DNA of 64,000 nt from Actinomycetes bacterium. Its GTDB lineage: Bacteria; Actinomycetota; Acidimicrobiia; Acidimicrobiales; JABEUL01. Positions within the stretch are counted from its first letter, which is position 1, and every line of letters begins with the position of its first letter. The DNA is taken from positions 19,977-83,976 of the forward strand of contig JAJYFT010000003.1 in assembly GCA_021790815.1 (NCBI GenBank). Reading direction: 5' to 3'. Below are positions 40,471 through 53,905 of this stretch, piece after piece. Below the pieces are notes generated by a model. That model was given only the letters and a program-made list of their open reading frames with translations. It searched no databases and was not told the DNA's origin. The translations under genes and the position numbers were made by a program.

Positions 40471-41102
40471 GATGCCACCGCATTTCTCAAAACTACCAGG
40501 CCACCTTTAGGACCTGGTACAGCACCTTTAACTAAAATCACGGATTTGTCAGCATCCGAAGAAACTACCTCAAGGTTTAATGTAGTTACTTTTTCACCAC
40601 CCATGCGGCCTGCCATTTTTGTTCCCTTAAATACGCGAGACGGTGTTGCACAAGCTCCGATAGAACCAGGCGCTCTGTGCTTCTTGTGGTTTCCGTGAGA
40701 AGCACCCTGACCCTTGAAGTTATGTCGCTTCATGCCACCAGCAAACCCCTTGCCTCGAGAAACTGAAGTAACATTCACCTTCTCTCCCTTTTCAACAATG
40801 TCACTCTTTAGCTCATCACCAACATTAAAATCTGAAACGTCATCTAATCGAAGTTCTAATAGTTCACGACCAGGCTCCACGTTCGCCTTGTCAAAGTGAC
40901 CAAGTTCAGGACTATTCAAATTACTCTTCCTCTTAAACCCAACTGTAACTTGTAATGCCGAGTATCCCTCTTTTAGAGGAGTTTTAATTTGCACAACCCT
41001 AATTGGTTCAATTTTAAGAACAGTAACAGGAACCACGCGCTGATTCTCGTCCCACACTTGAGTCATGCCGATTTTTCTTCCGACAATCGCTTTTTTCCTC
41101 AT
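40467..41102 (-). CDS. rplC: Ribosomal protein uL3
   Basis: GRKIGMTQ, GKGFAG, HRAPGSIG, KGAVPG. Confidence 0.99.
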   Translation of the reverse strand: MRKKAIVGRKIGMTQVWDENQRVVPVTVLKIEPIRVVQIKTPLKEGYSALQVTVGFKRKSNLNSPELGHFDKANVEPGRELLELRLDDVSDFNVGDELKSDIVEKGEKVNVTSVSRGKGFAGGMKRHNFKGQGASHGNHKKHRAPGSIGACATPSRVFKGTKMAGRMGGEKVTTLNLEVVSSDADKSVILVKGAVPGPKGGLVVLRNAVAS

Positions 41103-41344
41103 AAGTCCTTTTCCGGTTCTCTAAAAATCATTCTTAATAAAACGCGCACAGCAATATTACGTCAGCTAAATAACTGTATTGCAAGTAAATGCTATGTGCT
41201 CTTAAAATGCTGTGAGGTCCCCAATACCACTTCTGGAAGGGCGCACACAGACACTCTCAGTCAAGATACTAAAAGCACTTGACGTCAGTTGTAATATATT
41301 ACTACAAAAATTACCTGTAAAAAACAAACCGCTCTTTCGGCAGT
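41103..41344 (-). promoter_or_regulatory. Terminator-like hairpin after rpsJ, internal promoter and structured leader of rplC
   Basis: ACTGC-cgaaaga-GCGGT plus TTGTTTTTT (41344-41319); TTTACA-17-TATATT (41321-41293); several hairpins follow. Confidence 0.6.
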
Positions 41345-41665
41345 TTATTGAATTTTGATCGCTATATCAACCCCAGCTGGCAAATCCAGCCTTTGAAGTG
41401 AATCAACGGTCTTGGCACTATGGTCCACAATATCAATTAGCCTCTTATGAATTCTCATTTCAAAATGTTCACGAGAATCTTTATACTTATGTGGAGATCT
41501 AATTACTGTGTACCGGTGCTTCTCGGTTGGAAGGGGAACAGGACCATTAACTTTTGCTTGTGTTCTTACAACCGTTTCAACTATCTTTTTCGTTGACGAA
41601 TCCAATATTTCATGGTCATATGCCTTCAAGCGAATCCGTATTTTCTGTCTATTCCCACTTGCCAT
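41345..41665 (-). CDS. rpsJ: Ribosomal protein uS10
   Basis: [24 protein letters not shown]. Confidence 0.99.
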   Translation of the reverse strand: MASGNRQKIRIRLKAYDHEILDSSTKKIVETVVRTQAKVNGPVPLPTEKHRYTVIRSPHKYKDSREHFEMRIHKRLIDIVDHSAKTVDSLQRLDLPAGVDIAIKIQ

Positions 41666-41696
41666 ACTTAACCTACTTAATAATCTACCTGATAAT

Positions 41697-42884
41697 CTAC
41701 TTGATTATCTTAGTTACTCGACCAGCACCAACGGTTCGGCCTCCTTCACGGATGGCAAACCTCAGCCCTTCATCCATGGCAATCGGCTTTCCGAGTTCAA
41801 CAGTAATAGTTGTATTGTCACCTGGCATAACCATCTCAGTTCCAGATTGAAGCTCAATTGATCCAGTCACATCCGTGGTTCTAAAGTAGAACTGCGGCCT
41901 ATAACCATTGAAAAATGGCTTGTGACGTCCACCTTCTTCTTTTGTGAGGACATACATACTAGCTTCAAAGTTTGTGTGAGGTGTGATTGAACCTGGCTTG
42001 CATAGTACTTGACCACGCTCAACTTCTTCTTTTTTGGTTCCCCTTAAAAGAGCACCGATATTGTCACCTGCTTCAGCCTCATCTAAGAGTTTCCTGAACA
42101 TTTCCACACCGGTGCAGACAGTCTTTTGGGTATTTCTAAGACCTACAATTTCAACTTCGTCTCCGGGATGAAGAGTACCTTGTTCAATTCTCCCAGTGAC
42201 TACAGTTCCTCGACCAGTTATAGTCATAACATCTTCAACTGACATTAAGAAAGGCTTGTCCTTGTCTCGACTCGGCTGAGGAATGTACTCGTCAACGGCG
42301 TCCATCAGTTTCATTATTTGCTCTGTCCACTGTGCGTCGCCTTCAAGCGCCTTAAGTGCACTTACCCTTATGACAGGTGTGTCATCGCCTGGAAATTCGT
42401 ACTCATTTAATAGCTCTCTTACTTCGAGTTCTACTAAGTCAAGTAGCTCTTCGTCGTCAACTACATCAGCTTTATTTAGCGCAACAACAATTGATGGAAC
42501 ACCTACCTGGCGAGCCAGAAGTACGTGCTCACGAGTCTGCAGCATCGGTCCATCTGCAGCTGAAACTACTAAAATCGCTCCGTCTACCTGTGCAGCACCT
42601 GTAATCATGTTCTTGATGTAGTCAGCGTGCCCAGGCATGTCAACGTGAGCATAGTGACGTTTCTCAGTCTCATACTCAACGTGAGCAATTGATATAGTTA
42701 TACCTCTTGCCTTCTCTTCGGGCGCCTTGTCGATTTGATCAAAAGGCGTGAAAGATACATTCGGATTCTTCTCCGCAAGTACTTTCGTTATTGCCGCGGT
42801 CAGAGTAGTCTTCCCGTGGTCAATGTGTCCCATTGTTCCTACATTTAAATGCGGTTTATTCCGCTCAAACTTTTGCTTGGCCAT
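41697..42884 (-). CDS. tuf: Elongation factor Tu
   Basis: [23 protein letters not shown]. Confidence 0.99.
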   Translation of the reverse strand: MAKQKFERNKPHLNVGTMGHIDHGKTTLTAAITKVLAEKNPNVSFTPFDQIDKAPEEKARGITISIAHVEYETEKRHYAHVDMPGHADYIKNMITGAAQVDGAILVVSAADGPMLQTREHVLLARQVGVPSIVVALNKADVVDDEELLDLVELEVRELLNEYEFPGDDTPVIRVSALKALEGDAQWTEQIMKLMDAVDEYIPQPSRDKDKPFLMSVEDVMTITGRGTVVTGRIEQGTLHPGDEVEIVGLRNTQKTVCTGVEMFRKLLDEAEAGDNIGALLRGTKKEEVERGQVLCKPGSITPHTNFEASMYVLTKEEGGRHKPFFNGYRPQFYFRTTDVTGSIELQSGTEMVMPGDNTTITVELGKPIAMDEGLRFAIREGGRTVGAGRVTKIIK

Positions 42885-43054
42885 GTCGGTTCCTTCGCTC
42901 CGTCGTGGTCGAAATGAAAATCACGATCTTCATTTCCCAACTCTTCCCCCGTGGAAGAGTAATCCTACCTATTTTAAACCTGTAAATTTCAGGATTCACA
43001 AATTATGTGAACTCGTCCATTATAAGGCAATCTCGACACGTATGTTTACGTTTT
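42885..43054 (-). promoter_or_regulatory. Putative internal tuf promoter and hairpin-rich leader
   Basis: TATAAT at 43024-43019 followed by four inverted repeats. Confidence 0.5.
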
Positions 43055-45145
43055 CTATTCTCCTTTTGCTTTCGCAATAATTTCTTTAGAAACCGAATCA
43101 GGAACTTCCTGATACGAATCGAACTGCATTGTATACGATGCCCGTCCTTGCGTCCTAGAACGCAGATCAGTAGCATAGCGGAACATCTCACCTAGAGGAA
43201 CTTGAGCTTTAACAGCTTGATTGTTTCCTCGCTGCTCCATTCCTTCAACCTTACCACGCCTAGAGGAAAGATCTCCAATGACATCACCCATATATTCCTC
43301 AGGCGTAACAACTTCAACCGCCATAATTGGCTCCAAAAGGACTGGGTGAGCTAACCTTAAAGCTTTTTTAATAGCCATAGAACCAGCGATTCTAAAGGCC
43401 ATCTCAGAAGAGTCAACCTCGTGGTAAGAACCATCATTAAGTATAACCTTAACATCAACTGTTGGATAACCAGCAAGAACACCCGATGTCAACGCTTCCT
43501 TTATTCCACCATCTACCGCAGGGATGTACTCTTTTGGAATTACACCACCTGTAATTTTGTTTTCAAATACGTACCCAGTTGCTGAATCAGTGGGCTCCAC
43601 GTCAATTACAACGTGGCCGTACTGCCCGCGACCTCCAGATTGGCGAATATAGCGCTCATCCACTCCCGTAATTTTTTTGGTAATCGTTTCTCTGAAGGCT
43701 ACTTGGGGTTTGCCAACATTAGCGTCGACGCCAAATTCTCGTAACATCCTATCTACTAGAACTTCCAAGTGGAGTTCACCCATACCTGCAATAACGGTTT
43801 GACCAGTTTCTTCGTCCGTAGAAACTTTAAATGTTGGATCCTCTTCGCTAAGCGCAAAAAGAGCCTTACCCAACTTGTCTTGATCAGCCTTCGTCTTAGG
43901 CTCAATTGCGACATTTATAACTGGTTCTGGGAACTCAAGTGATTCTAAGACTATTGGGTTTTGAGGGTCACAAAGAGTATCTCCAGTAGAAGTGGACTTA
44001 AGACCTACAGCGGCTACAATATCACCCGCATACACCGCATCTTGATCTTCACGATGATTTGCATGCATCTGAAGAATTCTCCCAATTCGTTCTTTTTGAC
44101 CCTTAGTAGAGTTTAAAACACCAGATCCCTTATCGAGAGAACCAGAGTAAACACGAATATACGTTAGCTTTCCAACGTAAGGATCGGTCATTATCTTGAA
44201 AGCTAAAGCTGAAAACGGCGCGTCATCACTCGCAGCGCGCTCCAATTCTACATCTTTTCCAGGCACTTTCCCGACTGCAGGTGGTATATCTACTGGGCTT
44301 GGCAAATAATCTACGACTGCATCCAACATTGGTTGCACACCTTTATTCTTAAAAGCTGAACCACAAAGCACAGGAACTACTTCATTCAATATGGTCGCAT
44401 GTCTGATAGCTTTAACGATGTCTTCTTTCGTGATCTCCTCTTCATTTAAATACTTTTCAGTGAGATTGTCATCGTGATGGCTTAAGATATCAATAAGTTC
44501 GTGATGTGCAAATTCAGCACTTTCTTTAAGATCGTCAGGGATTTCAACAACGTTGAATTTTTCACCCATCCCATCTTCCCAGACAATAGCTTTCATGGCA
44601 ACTAAATCAACAACCCCTTGGAAATCGCTTTCAGCTCCAATTGGAAGTTGGACAACCGCAGGCACTCCATTGAGCCTGTCCTTGATCATTTCGACAGTTC
44701 TTTCGAAATTGGCTCCAGTTCGATCCATTTTGTTGACAAAGCAAATCCGGGGCACTCTGTACTTGTTCCCTTGCCGCCAAACCGTTTCAGTCTGAGGTTC
44801 GACGCCAGCAACCGCATCAAAAACTGCAACAGCGCCATCTAATACTCTTAAAGATCGCTCAACTTCAACTGTGAAGTCCACGTGACCAGGTGTATCAATT
44901 ATATTAATTGTATGATCATGCCAATGGCAAGTCGTTGCTGCAGAAGTAATGGTGATACCACGTTCTTGTTCCTGAACCATCCAGTCCATCGTTGCCGCGC
45001 CTTCATGTACTTCGCCGATCTTGTAATTCTTACCGGTGTAATAAAGAATTCTTTCAGTTGTCGTTGTTTTCCCAGCATCAATATGTGCCATAATCCCAAT
45101 GTTTCGGGTTTTAGCTAGTTGGGCTGCTCTTTCATTTTTTGCCAT
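43055..45145 (-). CDS. fusA: Elongation factor G
   Basis: [27 protein letters not shown]. Confidence 0.99.
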   Translation of the reverse strand: MAKNERAAQLAKTRNIGIMAHIDAGKTTTTERILYYTGKNYKIGEVHEGAATMDWMVQEQERGITITSAATTCHWHDHTINIIDTPGHVDFTVEVERSLRVLDGAVAVFDAVAGVEPQTETVWRQGNKYRVPRICFVNKMDRTGANFERTVEMIKDRLNGVPAVVQLPIGAESDFQGVVDLVAMKAIVWEDGMGEKFNVVEIPDDLKESAEFAHHELIDILSHHDDNLTEKYLNEEEITKEDIVKAIRHATILNEVVPVLCGSAFKNKGVQPMLDAVVDYLPSPVDIPPAVGKVPGKDVELERAASDDAPFSALAFKIMTDPYVGKLTYIRVYSGSLDKGSGVLNSTKGQKERIGRILQMHANHREDQDAVYAGDIVAAVGLKSTSTGDTLCDPQNPIVLESLEFPEPVINVAIEPKTKADQDKLGKALFALSEEDPTFKVSTDEETGQTVIAGMGELHLEVLVDRMLREFGVDANVGKPQVAFRETITKKITGVDERYIRQSGGRGQYGHVVIDVEPTDSATGYVFENKITGGVIPKEYIPAVDGGIKEALTSGVLAGYPTVDVKVILNDGSYHEVDSSEMAFRIAGSMAIKKALRLAHPVLLEPIMAVEVVTPEEYMGDVIGDLSSRRGKVEGMEQRGNNQAVKAQVPLGEMFRYATDLRSRTQGRASYTMQFDSYQEVPDSVSKEIIAKAKGE

Positions 45146-45230
45146 TAACTATCCGTTTCGAATTTCCAACTCTTTTTAAAATCATCAATTTTGGCTCTTG
45201 AAGATAGACCTAATCGGTAAATCTTCCTTC

Positions 45231-45701
45231 TTACCACCTATAGTGCGCATAAGCTTTATTAGATTCAGCCATCTTGTGCATATCTTCACGTCTTTTAACT
45301 GCGCTACCAACTCCATTAGAAGCATCCAAAATTTCGCCAGCCAACTTTAGAATCATTGTTTTTTCTTTTCGTTGCTTAGCATACTGTACCAACCATCGTA
45401 TAGACAAAGTAGTAGCTCGCCTAGGCCTAACTTCAACAGGGACCTGATAAGTTGCACCTCCAACTCGTCTACTTCTTACTTCTAATTCAGGTCTTGTGTG
45501 TTCAAGAGCCCTCTTCAAAATTGGAATTGGATCACTAGATGTCTTTTCACTCACAATTTCAAGGGCACTATATACAATTCTTTCGGCTAAGGTTCTCTTT
45601 CCTCTTGAAAGCACCTTGTTAATTAACTGTGTAACAGTAACTGAAGAATGGACGGGATCAGGCATTAGTTCTCTTCGAGGTGATTGACCATGTCTTGCCA
45701 T
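45231..45701 (-). CDS. rpsG: Ribosomal protein uS7
   Basis: [18 protein letters not shown]. Confidence 0.99.
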   Translation of the reverse strand: MARHGQSPRRELMPDPVHSSVTVTQLINKVLSRGKRTLAERIVYSALEIVSEKTSSDPIPILKRALEHTRPELEVRSRRVGGATYQVPVEVRPRRATTLSIRWLVQYAKQRKEKTMILKLAGEILDASNGVGSAVKRREDMHKMAESNKAYAHYRW

Positions 45702-46072
45702 TATGACTCCTTCTTAGCGCCGTAACGGCTTCTAGCTTTTTTTCTGTTTCTTACCCCCGACGTGTCTAAAGCACCTCGAACAATTTTATACCTCACACCC
45801 GGTAGGTCCTTAACACGACCACCTCTAACTAAGACGATGGAGTGCTCCTGAAGGTTGTGACCAACGCCAGGAATATAGGCAGTGACTTCAACGCCACTTG
45901 TCAATCGAACACGTGCAACTTTTCTCAATGCTGAATTTGGTTTTTTTGGAGTATGGGTGAAAACACGCGTACATACACCTCGTCTCTGCGGAGCTCCTTT
46001 AAGTGCAGGAGTCTTTGTCTTGGACTGCTTTGAGTCCCTGCCTTTGCGAACAAGTTGCGCTATTGTAGGCAC
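45701..46072 (-). CDS. rpsL: Ribosomal protein uS12
   Basis: [19 protein letters not shown]. Confidence 0.99.
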   Translation of the reverse strand: MPTIAQLVRKGRDSKQSKTKTPALKGAPQRRGVCTRVFTHTPKKPNSALRKVARVRLTSGVEVTAYIPGVGHNLQEHSIVLVRGGRVKDLPGVRYKIVRGALDTSGVRNRKKARSRYGAKKES

Positions 46073-46226
46073 TTAAATTCCTTTCTCAATTTTCATAACT
46101 GTTACAAATATAACTGCTATCAATTAAATCCTTCTCCTTATAGACCATTTGTACTTCACAAACAGTTAATATCTAAAATATTCAATATTTATAGTAAATA
46201 GTCAACACAATACTAGAGTGTGAGAA

Positions 46227-49200
46227 CTAATTAAACTCTCCTTCTCCACTCCACAAACTGGTTGATTTCCCAAGATCCCTTAACCATGCGGCCAGGTCAT
46301 CTGAGGAGCCTTCAATTTCGGAAGACCATCCAGTCATGTGTTTTGCTTCTGGAGTTTCTATCGCCACGTCTCTGTAAAGTCTGATACCAGATCCCGCTGG
46401 TATTAGTTTACCAATAATTATGTTCTCTTTAAGACCAAATAGCTGATCAGACTTTCCTTCAATAGCCGCTTCAGTAAGAACACGTGTTGTTTCTTGGAAT
46501 GATGCGGCTGAAAGCCACGAATCTGTCGCTAACGAAGCCTTGGTAATTCCCATCAACTCAGGCCTTCCTTCAGCTGGCTTTTTTGATCCTTGAACAAGTT
46601 CTTTGTTCATCTCTGCATAACGACGGCTGTCCACTCTCTCGCCAGGCAAGAAAGGTGAATCGCCAGTTTCAACAACTGATACTCTTCTCAGCATCTGCCT
46701 TACGATGAGTTCGATATGCTTATCATGAATAGACACACCTTGATCACGATATACTTTTTGCACTTCAGCTACCAAGTATTTTTGAGTATCTCTAAGTCCC
46801 TTAATTTCTAGTAGTTCTTTAGGATCTTTAGGACCGTCTACTATCGGATCACCAGCTTCAACTTCTTGGCCATCTACTACCTCAATATGTACTCGAGCTT
46901 GAACGGTAAAAATGTGCTCTTCAGAATCGTCACCAATAAGCCGGATATCTCTTGTGTTTCCTTCGATCTCACCGACTGTAACTCGTCCAGAAATAGGAGC
47001 GAGAATAGCTGCGCCTTTAGGTGTCCTAGCTTCAAAAAGTTCAACTACTCGAGGAAGGCCATGTGTAATGTCTTCACCAGCGACACCTCCAGTGTGGAAC
47101 GTTCTCATTGTGAGCTGTGTACCTGGTTCACCAATTGATTGGGCTGCAATTACTCCAACTGCTTCACCGAGTTCAATTAGTCTTCCCGTAGCGAGTGAAA
47201 TTCCATAGCAGTTAACACAAACTCCTTGAACAGCCTCACATGTAAGCACACTTCGTGCCCTTACTCTATCAACTTGGGGATCTTGGCTTATCTCTTGTAG
47301 GTGTTGGCCTGCTAAAAGAACGCCACGCTCGATAATCCGTCCATCGGAAAGCTTAACATCTTCAGCCAAAATTCGACCAAAAGCTCTCGTTTCAAGGTAG
47401 TGTCTCTTCCCCGACTCATCTGGCAAAATATTTTCTATCCAGATACCTCGTGAAGTGCCACAGTCTTCATCCCTAATAATGAGTTCCTGTGCGACGTCAA
47501 CTAACCTTCTCGTCAAATAACCAGAGTCCGCGGTTCTTAAAGCAGTATCCGCAAGACCTTTTCGTGCACCGTGAGTAGAAATAAAGTACTCTAAAACCGA
47601 TAGGCCTTCTCGGAAGGAGGACTTAATAGGTCTTGGAATCATTTCACCCCTTGGGTTAGAAACTAACCCTTTCATACCTGCAATCTGCCTGATCTGCTGT
47701 GGGTTACCTCTTGCACCTGAATCAACCATCATATACAACGGATTAAACTCCATCGAAGCAAGTGAACGCTCCATTGCTCTACCCACTTCAGAGGTAGCAG
47801 ATGTCCAAATCTCAATTTCTTTTTGACGTCTTTCATCGTCAGTTACGATTCCTCGTTTGTATTGACTCTCAGCTTTTTCAGCTTCCTTTTCATGGCGATC
47901 AAGTATGTCAACCTTGTCAAGAGGAGTTTTCACATCATCAATTGAAATCGTAAGACCTGCTTGAGTTGCATACCTAAAACCAATTTCCTTTATACGGTCA
48001 AGGCTTGCTGCCACGGTAGCTTTTGGATAAATAGTTGTTAGCTCTTCAACAATAGACCCAATAGGAATGTACCTACGCCCGACTATCTCGTTAACATATC
48101 TAAAACCCTCTGGGAGAGTGGAATTAAAAATAAGCCTCCCAGCCGTAGTTTCCATTTCTTCACTGATAGGCAGTGGAGTCAAGTAAGTACTAGGAGAAAA
48201 AACAGGTTTCACAAAAGCCGCCTCTTGTTCATCTATATCTCCATTTAAGTTATCTTGATTTTGAGCCCCACTTATTCCAGGATGCTTTGGTACTTCATGA
48301 ATCCGAAGGCCTTCGGAAGAAGGTCTAATTTTGATCTTTGCATGGATATCTAACGACTTCTCGTTAATCGCAGCTTCAACTTCATAAAGATGCCTAAATA
48401 CTCTTCCTTCTCCCTTTGCGCCCTCTCTAACTAAAGTCAGGTAGTAAAGTCCAAAGACCATATCAAGAGTCGGGACGGTAATTGGCCTCCCAGTTGCTGG
48501 CGAAAGGATGTTGTGTGCTGAAAGCATAAGTACTCTAGCTTCAGCTTGAGCTTCAGCAGACAAAGGAAGATGAACAGCCATCTGATCACCGTCAAAGTCA
48601 GCATTAAATGCAGTACATACTAGAGGATGAATCTGAATCGCTTTACCCTCTATTAGAATCGGCTCAAATGCTTGTATTCCTAGCCTGTGAAGGGTTGGAG
48701 CCCTGTTCAAAAGTACTGGATGTTCTTTGATGACTTCTTCTAACACGTCCCAGACTTGAGGTCTACGCCTTTCAACCATTCTTTTTGCTGACTTGATATT
48801 TTGTGCCACTGATGTGTCAACAAGCTGCTTCATAACAAACGGCTTAAACAGTTCTAGTGCCATCTGCTTAGGAAGGCCACACTGGTGAAGCTTCAACATA
48901 GGACCTACTACAATGACAGATCTTCCTGAGTAGTCAACTCTCTTTCCAAGCAAGTTCTGCCTAAAGCGCCCCTGCTTACCTTTCAACATATCTGAAAGGC
49001 TCTTAAGAGGTCTATTTCCTGGACCAGTTACTGCCTTCCCTCTCCTACCATTATCAAAAAGCGCGTCAACTGACTCTTGCAGCATACGCTTCTCATTGTT
49101 AATAATGATATCTGGAGCACCGAGATCGAGTAACCTTTTCAACCTATTATTACGATTTATCACTCGTCTGTACAGATCGTTCAGATCGCTTGTGGCAAAC

Positions 49201-50339
49201 CTGCCACCTTCAAGTTGAACCATTGGACGCAAATCTGGCGGTATTACTGGAACAGCATTTAAAATCATGGCTTTCGGATCGTTGACCCTTACGCCATCAT
49301 CTTTACGACGGTTAAATGCACTTACAATTTTCAAGCGCTTTATCGCTTTTTGCTTTCTTTGAACTGAAAGTGATCGTCTTCCATCATTTGCATCAATTGC
49401 TTCGCGCAGCTTAATCTCTTCTTCATCAAGATCAAGTCTCTCAAGCAATTTTATTATAACTTCAGCTCCCATCCCTCCTTCGAAATAGTCTCCGTAACGG
49501 ATCTCGAGCTCTCGCCAAAGTTGTTCATCTTCAATTATTTGGCGACCGTAGAGATCTCTAAAGGCATTGAAGGCGCTCCTGCCAAGTTCAATATCTTCTG
49601 AAGCGCGTTCTCTTATTAAAACAATTTCTTTTTCAGAAGCCTTTTGGCGCGATTTAAGCTCACTATCCTTAGCTCCTTCCTTTTCAAGTTGAGCAAGTTC
49701 ATGTTCAAGAACTTTAAACTTCTTGTCTATATCGAGATCTCTTTGTCTTTCGATCTCAGCAATCTCTTCAACCAAATCTGTTTCAAGAGATGGCAAATCA
49801 ACATGTCTCTTTTCTTCGTCAACCCAAGTAACAAGGTTTGCGGCAAAGTAAATAACTTTTTCAAGTTGTTTTGCCTTAAGTTCTTCCTTGACTTCTGTCC
49901 CCATAAGTAAGTAGGCCAACCAACTTCGTGTTCCACGCAAATACCAAATGTGAACTACAGGTGCCGCAAGTTCGATGTGGCCCATTCGTTCACGGCGAAC
50001 TTTGGATCTTGTGACTTCAACCCCGCATCGTTCACAAATAATTCCTTTAAATCTAACCCTTTTGTACTTGCCGCAGTAACATTCCCAATCCTTTGTAGGA
50101 CCAAATATTTTTTCACAAAAAAGCCCGTCTTTTTCAGGTCTGAGTGTACGGTAGTTAATCGTCTCTGGCTTTTTTACCTCACCACAAGACCAATCTTTAA
50201 TCGTTTCTGCTGTAGCTAAACCGATTTTTAATTGATCAAAGCTGTTAACATCAATGCCTTGACGAACACCTCTTCTATCTTGCCTTTCCCTGCGATAATA
50301 ATTATCGGATTGGCTTGATGATTCTGAAAGATCCACCAT
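46227..50339 (-). CDS. rpoC: RNA polymerase beta' subunit
   Basis: Zn ribbon, [15 protein letters not shown], actinobacterial coiled-coil insertion. Confidence 0.99.
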   Translation of the reverse strand: MVDLSESSSQSDNYYRRERQDRRGVRQGIDVNSFDQLKIGLATAETIKDWSCGEVKKPETINYRTLRPEKDGLFCEKIFGPTKDWECYCGKYKRVRFKGIICERCGVEVTRSKVRRERMGHIELAAPVVHIWYLRGTRSWLAYLLMGTEVKEELKAKQLEKVIYFAANLVTWVDEEKRHVDLPSLETDLVEEIAEIERQRDLDIDKKFKVLEHELAQLEKEGAKDSELKSRQKASEKEIVLIRERASEDIELGRSAFNAFRDLYGRQIIEDEQLWRELEIRYGDYFEGGMGAEVIIKLLERLDLDEEEIKLREAIDANDGRRSLSVQRKQKAIKRLKIVSAFNRRKDDGVRVNDPKAMILNAVPVIPPDLRPMVQLEGGRFATSDLNDLYRRVINRNNRLKRLLDLGAPDIIINNEKRMLQESVDALFDNGRRGKAVTGPGNRPLKSLSDMLKGKQGRFRQNLLGKRVDYSGRSVIVVGPMLKLHQCGLPKQMALELFKPFVMKQLVDTSVAQNIKSAKRMVERRRPQVWDVLEEVIKEHPVLLNRAPTLHRLGIQAFEPILIEGKAIQIHPLVCTAFNADFDGDQMAVHLPLSAEAQAEARVLMLSAHNILSPATGRPITVPTLDMVFGLYYLTLVREGAKGEGRVFRHLYEVEAAINEKSLDIHAKIKIRPSSEGLRIHEVPKHPGISGAQNQDNLNGDIDEQEAAFVKPVFSPSTYLTPLPISEEMETTAGRLIFNSTLPEGFRYVNEIVGRRYIPIGSIVEELTTIYPKATVAASLDRIKEIGFRYATQAGLTISIDDVKTPLDKVDILDRHEKEAEKAESQYKRGIVTDDERRQKEIEIWTSATSEVGRAMERSLASMEFNPLYMMVDSGARGNPQQIRQIAGMKGLVSNPRGEMIPRPIKSSFREGLSVLEYFISTHGARKGLADTALRTADSGYLTRRLVDVAQELIIRDEDCGTSRGIWIENILPDESGKRHYLETRAFGRILAEDVKLSDGRIIERGVLLAGQHLQEISQDPQVDRVRARSVLTCEAVQGVCVNCYGISLATGRLIELGEAVGVIAAQSIGEPGTQLTMRTFHTGGVAGEDITHGLPRVVELFEARTPKGAAILAPISGRVTVGEIEGNTRDIRLIGDDSEEHIFTVQARVHIEVVDGQEVEAGDPIVDGPKDPKELLEIKGLRDTQKYLVAEVQKVYRDQGVSIHDKHIELIVRQMLRRVSVVETGDSPFLPGERVDSRRYAEMNKELVQGSKKPAEGRPELMGITKASLATDSWLSAASFQETTRVLTEAAIEGKSDQLFGLKENIIIGKLIPAGSGIRLYRDVAIETPEAKHMTGWSSEIEGSSDDLAAWLRDLGKSTSLWSGEGEFN

Positions 50340-50341
50340 AT

Positions 50342-53300
50342 TTACAAACTCCTCTCAACCAAATGTCTGTCATCGTCATCTGATCCTCGTTCCGGACGGC
50401 TAATGTCAATTCCAAGCTCTTCAGCTGTTCTAAATACTTCATCATCAAAATCACGCATTTGTATTTGCTCGCCAGTAGTTGAAAGTACTTCAACGTCAAT
50501 ACACAACGACTGCATCTCTTTAATCAAAACTTTAAAGCTTTCTGGTATGCCAGGCTCTGGTATATTTTCACCTTTAACGATTGCTTCGTAAACCTTGACG
50601 CGTCCGAGTACATCGTCAGATTTAATCGTCAAGAGTTCCTGTAAAGCATAAGCGGCACCATAAGCTTCAAGTGCCCAGACTTCCATTTCACCAAACCTTT
50701 GACCACCAAACTGCGCTTTACCGCCTAAAGGTTGTTGGGTAATCATGGAGTATGGGCCAGTTGAACGAGCATGAATCTTATCATCAACTAAGTGAGCTAA
50801 TTTAAGCATGTAGACGTATCCGACACTAATTCTATTGTCATACGGTTCACCAGTTCGTCCGTTATAAAGAACTGTCTTTCCATCAGTACCAATAAGCTTT
50901 TCTCCATCTACACCATCAGATTTAAGATGTTCAAAAACTTTCTTAATGGTTGGATGTCTTCCAGCTTCATCATCTTCATCCCAGTGTGCCCCATCGAAAA
51001 CTGGAGTTGATATCCATGTTTCAGGTTCTGTTTTGGGACGAGTCTTCTTCAAGTTAACTATCTCTGAATGACCTCTCTTATGGCCGTCGCCTTCCCATCC
51101 ATATCTGGCCGCATATCCGAGGTGTGATTCAAGGACCTGTCCGACATTCATTCGGCTTGGAACACCAAGTGGGTTTAGAATTATGTCAACTTGAGTACCA
51201 TCAGCTAAATACGGCATATCTTCAACAGGAAGAATCTTTGAAATTACGCCCTTGTTCCCGTGCCGACCTGCCAACTTGTCACCTTCTGAGATTTTTCTCT
51301 TTTGTGCGACATACACTCTAACTAGTTGATTTACTCCAGGAGGTAGTTCGTGAGAATCTTCTCTTGAAAATAGTCTGACGTCTATGACGGTTCCAGACTC
51401 TCCGTGAGGCACTTTCATTGAAGTGTCTCTAACATCTCTGGCTTTTTCACCAAATATAGCTCGCAGAAGCCTCTCTTCTGGAGTTAGTTCTGTCTCACCC
51501 TTTGGTGTCACCTTTCCTACTAAGATATCACCTGCATCTACTTCCGCCCCGATTCTAATAATCCCTCGTTCATCTAAATCTGCAAGGATATCCTCTGAAA
51601 GGTTTGGAATGTCACGAGTTATCTCTTCAGTTCCAAGTTTTGTATCACGGGCATCGACTTCATGTTCTTCAATGTGAATTGAGGTCAAGACATCATCTTT
51701 GACTAATCTTTCAGAGATAATAATTGCATCTTCATAGTTGTAGCCTTCCCATGGCATAAAAGCCACCAAAAGATTTTTACCAAGACCAAGTTCGCTACCG
51801 TGAACTGCGGGACCATCGGCTAGAGGATCGCCAGATACGACGTGATCACCTTCATTAACAACAACTTTATAGTTGACACAGGTATTTTGATTTGATCGTT
51901 CGAATTTTTGAAGCGAATAAACTTTCCTGCTACCTAGTATTTGACCGCTATGGCCTTTCTGTCCAGGTTCATAGTCGACGACCACGTGGCTCCCAGAAAC
52001 TTCAGCCACGATTCCTTTACCTTCGGCAATCACAACTTCACCAGCATCTATTGCTGCCCTCTCTTCAATGCCTGTACCAATAAATGGTGCTTCAGGAATT
52101 AGGAGCGGGACGGCCTGCTTCTGCATGTTTGCACCCATTAGAGCTCTGTTTGCGTCATCATGCTCGACAAAAGGTATAAGGGCGGTTGATACTGAAAGAA
52201 TTTGTTTCGGGCTGACGTCTATTAGGTCGACATCTTTCCCAGGTATATAATCAATCTCACTAGTTGATCCATAAGAAGTTGAAACAGCTCCAACTCTTAC
52301 ACCCGCACCTTGAGGTCCACGCCTAACTAATACTTTCTCTTCAGCAAAATACCCATTCTCGTCGAGCGGAGCATTCGCCTGAGCGATAACGTACTCTTCT
52401 TCCTCGTCAGCTGCCAACCATTTAATGTCGGTTGTTACTTTACCATCAACAACTTTTCTGTAGGGAGTCTCAATAAAACCGTATTCGTTGACTTTAGCGT
52501 AAGTAGCCAAGGCACCAATTAGACCAATATTAGGACCTTCCGGCGTTTCAATCGGACACATGCGACCGTAGTGAGATGAGTGAACGTCTCTTACCTCAAA
52601 ACCAGCACGCTCTCTTGAAAGTCCACCTGGGCCCAATGCCGAAAGTCTTCTTTTGTGAGCCAACCCAGATAAGGGGTTGTGCTGATCCATGAATTGGCTT
52701 AACTGGCTGGTTCCAAAAAACTCTTTTATAGATGCAACTACTGGACGAACGTTAATCAAAGATTGTGGAGTAACTGCTTCTACGTCTTGGGTAGTCATTC
52801 TTTCTCTGACTACTCTTTCCATTCTAGAAAGCCCGACCCTTACCTGATTCTGAATCAACTCTCCGACACTTCTAATTCTTCTATTAGCAAAATGGTCTTG
52901 ATCGTCGAGTCTGTACCCAGATTCTCCGTTTGCAAGATGGAGCATGTAAGTCGCCGTTGCCAAAACCTCACTCGGAGATAATGCCGTTTGCCCATCTTTA
53001 GGTTTTTCAAGTTTTACCCCTAAAATTGATGATATTTTGTCTATTTCAGGACCAAGTTTCCTGCTTAATTTATAACGACCAACCCGGGTTAAATCATAAC
53101 GTTTCGACTGAAAAAATCCATTTTCTAAATAGAATCGCGCAGCTTCAACTGAAGGAGGCTCACCTGGGCGAGCTCGTCTATAAATTTCAAGCATCGCGTC
53201 TTCCCGAGTCTGGAAAGAGTTCTTCTCTTTCTCCCACTGAGCAGATAGAAAGTCAAAATGCCTTACAAACTTATCCAAAAATGCCGGATCATCAAATCCC

Positions 53301-53905
53301 AAAGCCTTAACAAGAGTAAAAAGTGATACTCTTCTTTTTCTTGCAACTCTTGCCCCAGCGTTCAAATCCTTTGACTGACGACTTTCCAAGTCAAACTCAA
53401 TCCATTCACCCCTATAAGGGTGAATCGTTGCAGTGACTATAGTCTTGAGTTCCTTACCAGGTTGAAAGAGTACCCCAGGTGATCGAACAAGCTGACTTAC
53501 TACCACTCTTTCAGTCCCATTTATTATAAAAGTACCTTTTTCGGTCATCATAGGGAAGTCCCCCATGAATACCGTTTGCTCTTTAATCTCACCCGTCAAG
53601 GCGTTCATAAACCTAGCGCGAACAAAGATTGGAGCGGCATACGTCATGTCCTTCTCTTTGCATTCCTCCATCGAATACTTTGGAGGTGGCCGTAAATCAG
53701 GGTCATTTGGATCAAACTCAAGATCAAGCCTTAGATTTCCACTGAAATCTTCAATAGGGCTTATGTCTTTGAATGTGTCGGCTAACCCGGTTTCCAAAAA
53801 CCACCGAAACGAATCTTGCTGCACTGCAAGCAAGTTCGACAATGGTTGTACTTCATTTATGTTGGCAAAAGAAAAACGATGCCTTTTATTAGACCGATTG
53901 GTCAC
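50342..53905 (-). CDS. rpoB: RNA polymerase beta subunit
   Basis: [30 protein letters not shown]. Confidence 0.99.
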   Translation of the reverse strand: MTNRSNKRHRFSFANINEVQPLSNLLAVQQDSFRWFLETGLADTFKDISPIEDFSGNLRLDLEFDPNDPDLRPPPKYSMEECKEKDMTYAAPIFVRARFMNALTGEIKEQTVFMGDFPMMTEKGTFIINGTERVVVSQLVRSPGVLFQPGKELKTIVTATIHPYRGEWIEFDLESRQSKDLNAGARVARKRRVSLFTLVKALGFDDPAFLDKFVRHFDFLSAQWEKEKNSFQTREDAMLEIYRRARPGEPPSVEAARFYLENGFFQSKRYDLTRVGRYKLSRKLGPEIDKISSILGVKLEKPKDGQTALSPSEVLATATYMLHLANGESGYRLDDQDHFANRRIRSVGELIQNQVRVGLSRMERVVRERMTTQDVEAVTPQSLINVRPVVASIKEFFGTSQLSQFMDQHNPLSGLAHKRRLSALGPGGLSRERAGFEVRDVHSSHYGRMCPIETPEGPNIGLIGALATYAKVNEYGFIETPYRKVVDGKVTTDIKWLAADEEEEYVIAQANAPLDENGYFAEEKVLVRRGPQGAGVRVGAVSTSYGSTSEIDYIPGKDVDLIDVSPKQILSVSTALIPFVEHDDANRALMGANMQKQAVPLLIPEAPFIGTGIEERAAIDAGEVVIAEGKGIVAEVSGSHVVVDYEPGQKGHSGQILGSRKVYSLQKFERSNQNTCVNYKVVVNEGDHVVSGDPLADGPAVHGSELGLGKNLLVAFMPWEGYNYEDAIIISERLVKDDVLTSIHIEEHEVDARDTKLGTEEITRDIPNLSEDILADLDERGIIRIGAEVDAGDILVGKVTPKGETELTPEERLLRAIFGEKARDVRDTSMKVPHGESGTVIDVRLFSREDSHELPPGVNQLVRVYVAQKRKISEGDKLAGRHGNKGVISKILPVEDMPYLADGTQVDIILNPLGVPSRMNVGQVLESHLGYAARYGWEGDGHKRGHSEIVNLKKTRPKTEPETWISTPVFDGAHWDEDDEAGRHPTIKKVFEHLKSDGVDGEKLIGTDGKTVLYNGRTGEPYDNRISVGYVYMLKLAHLVDDKIHARSTGPYSMITQQPLGGKAQFGGQRFGEMEVWALEAYGAAYALQELLTIKSDDVLGRVKVYEAIVKGENIPEPGIPESFKVLIKEMQSLCIDVEVLSTTGEQIQMRDFDDEVFRTAEELGIDISRPERGSDDDDRHLVERSL

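Noticed and set aside
42885-43054. tRNA between fusA and tuf
   Set aside because: No T-loop or D-loop consensus and no cloverleaf
52600-52720. Possible intrinsic rifampicin resistance in RpoB ([18 protein letters not shown])
   Set aside because: The key Q, D, H, S and L positions are the sensitive type; only neighbouring positions differ
46227-53905. Inteins or introns in rpoB/rpoC
   Set aside because: Insertions are short and lack splice-junction or homing-endonuclease motifs
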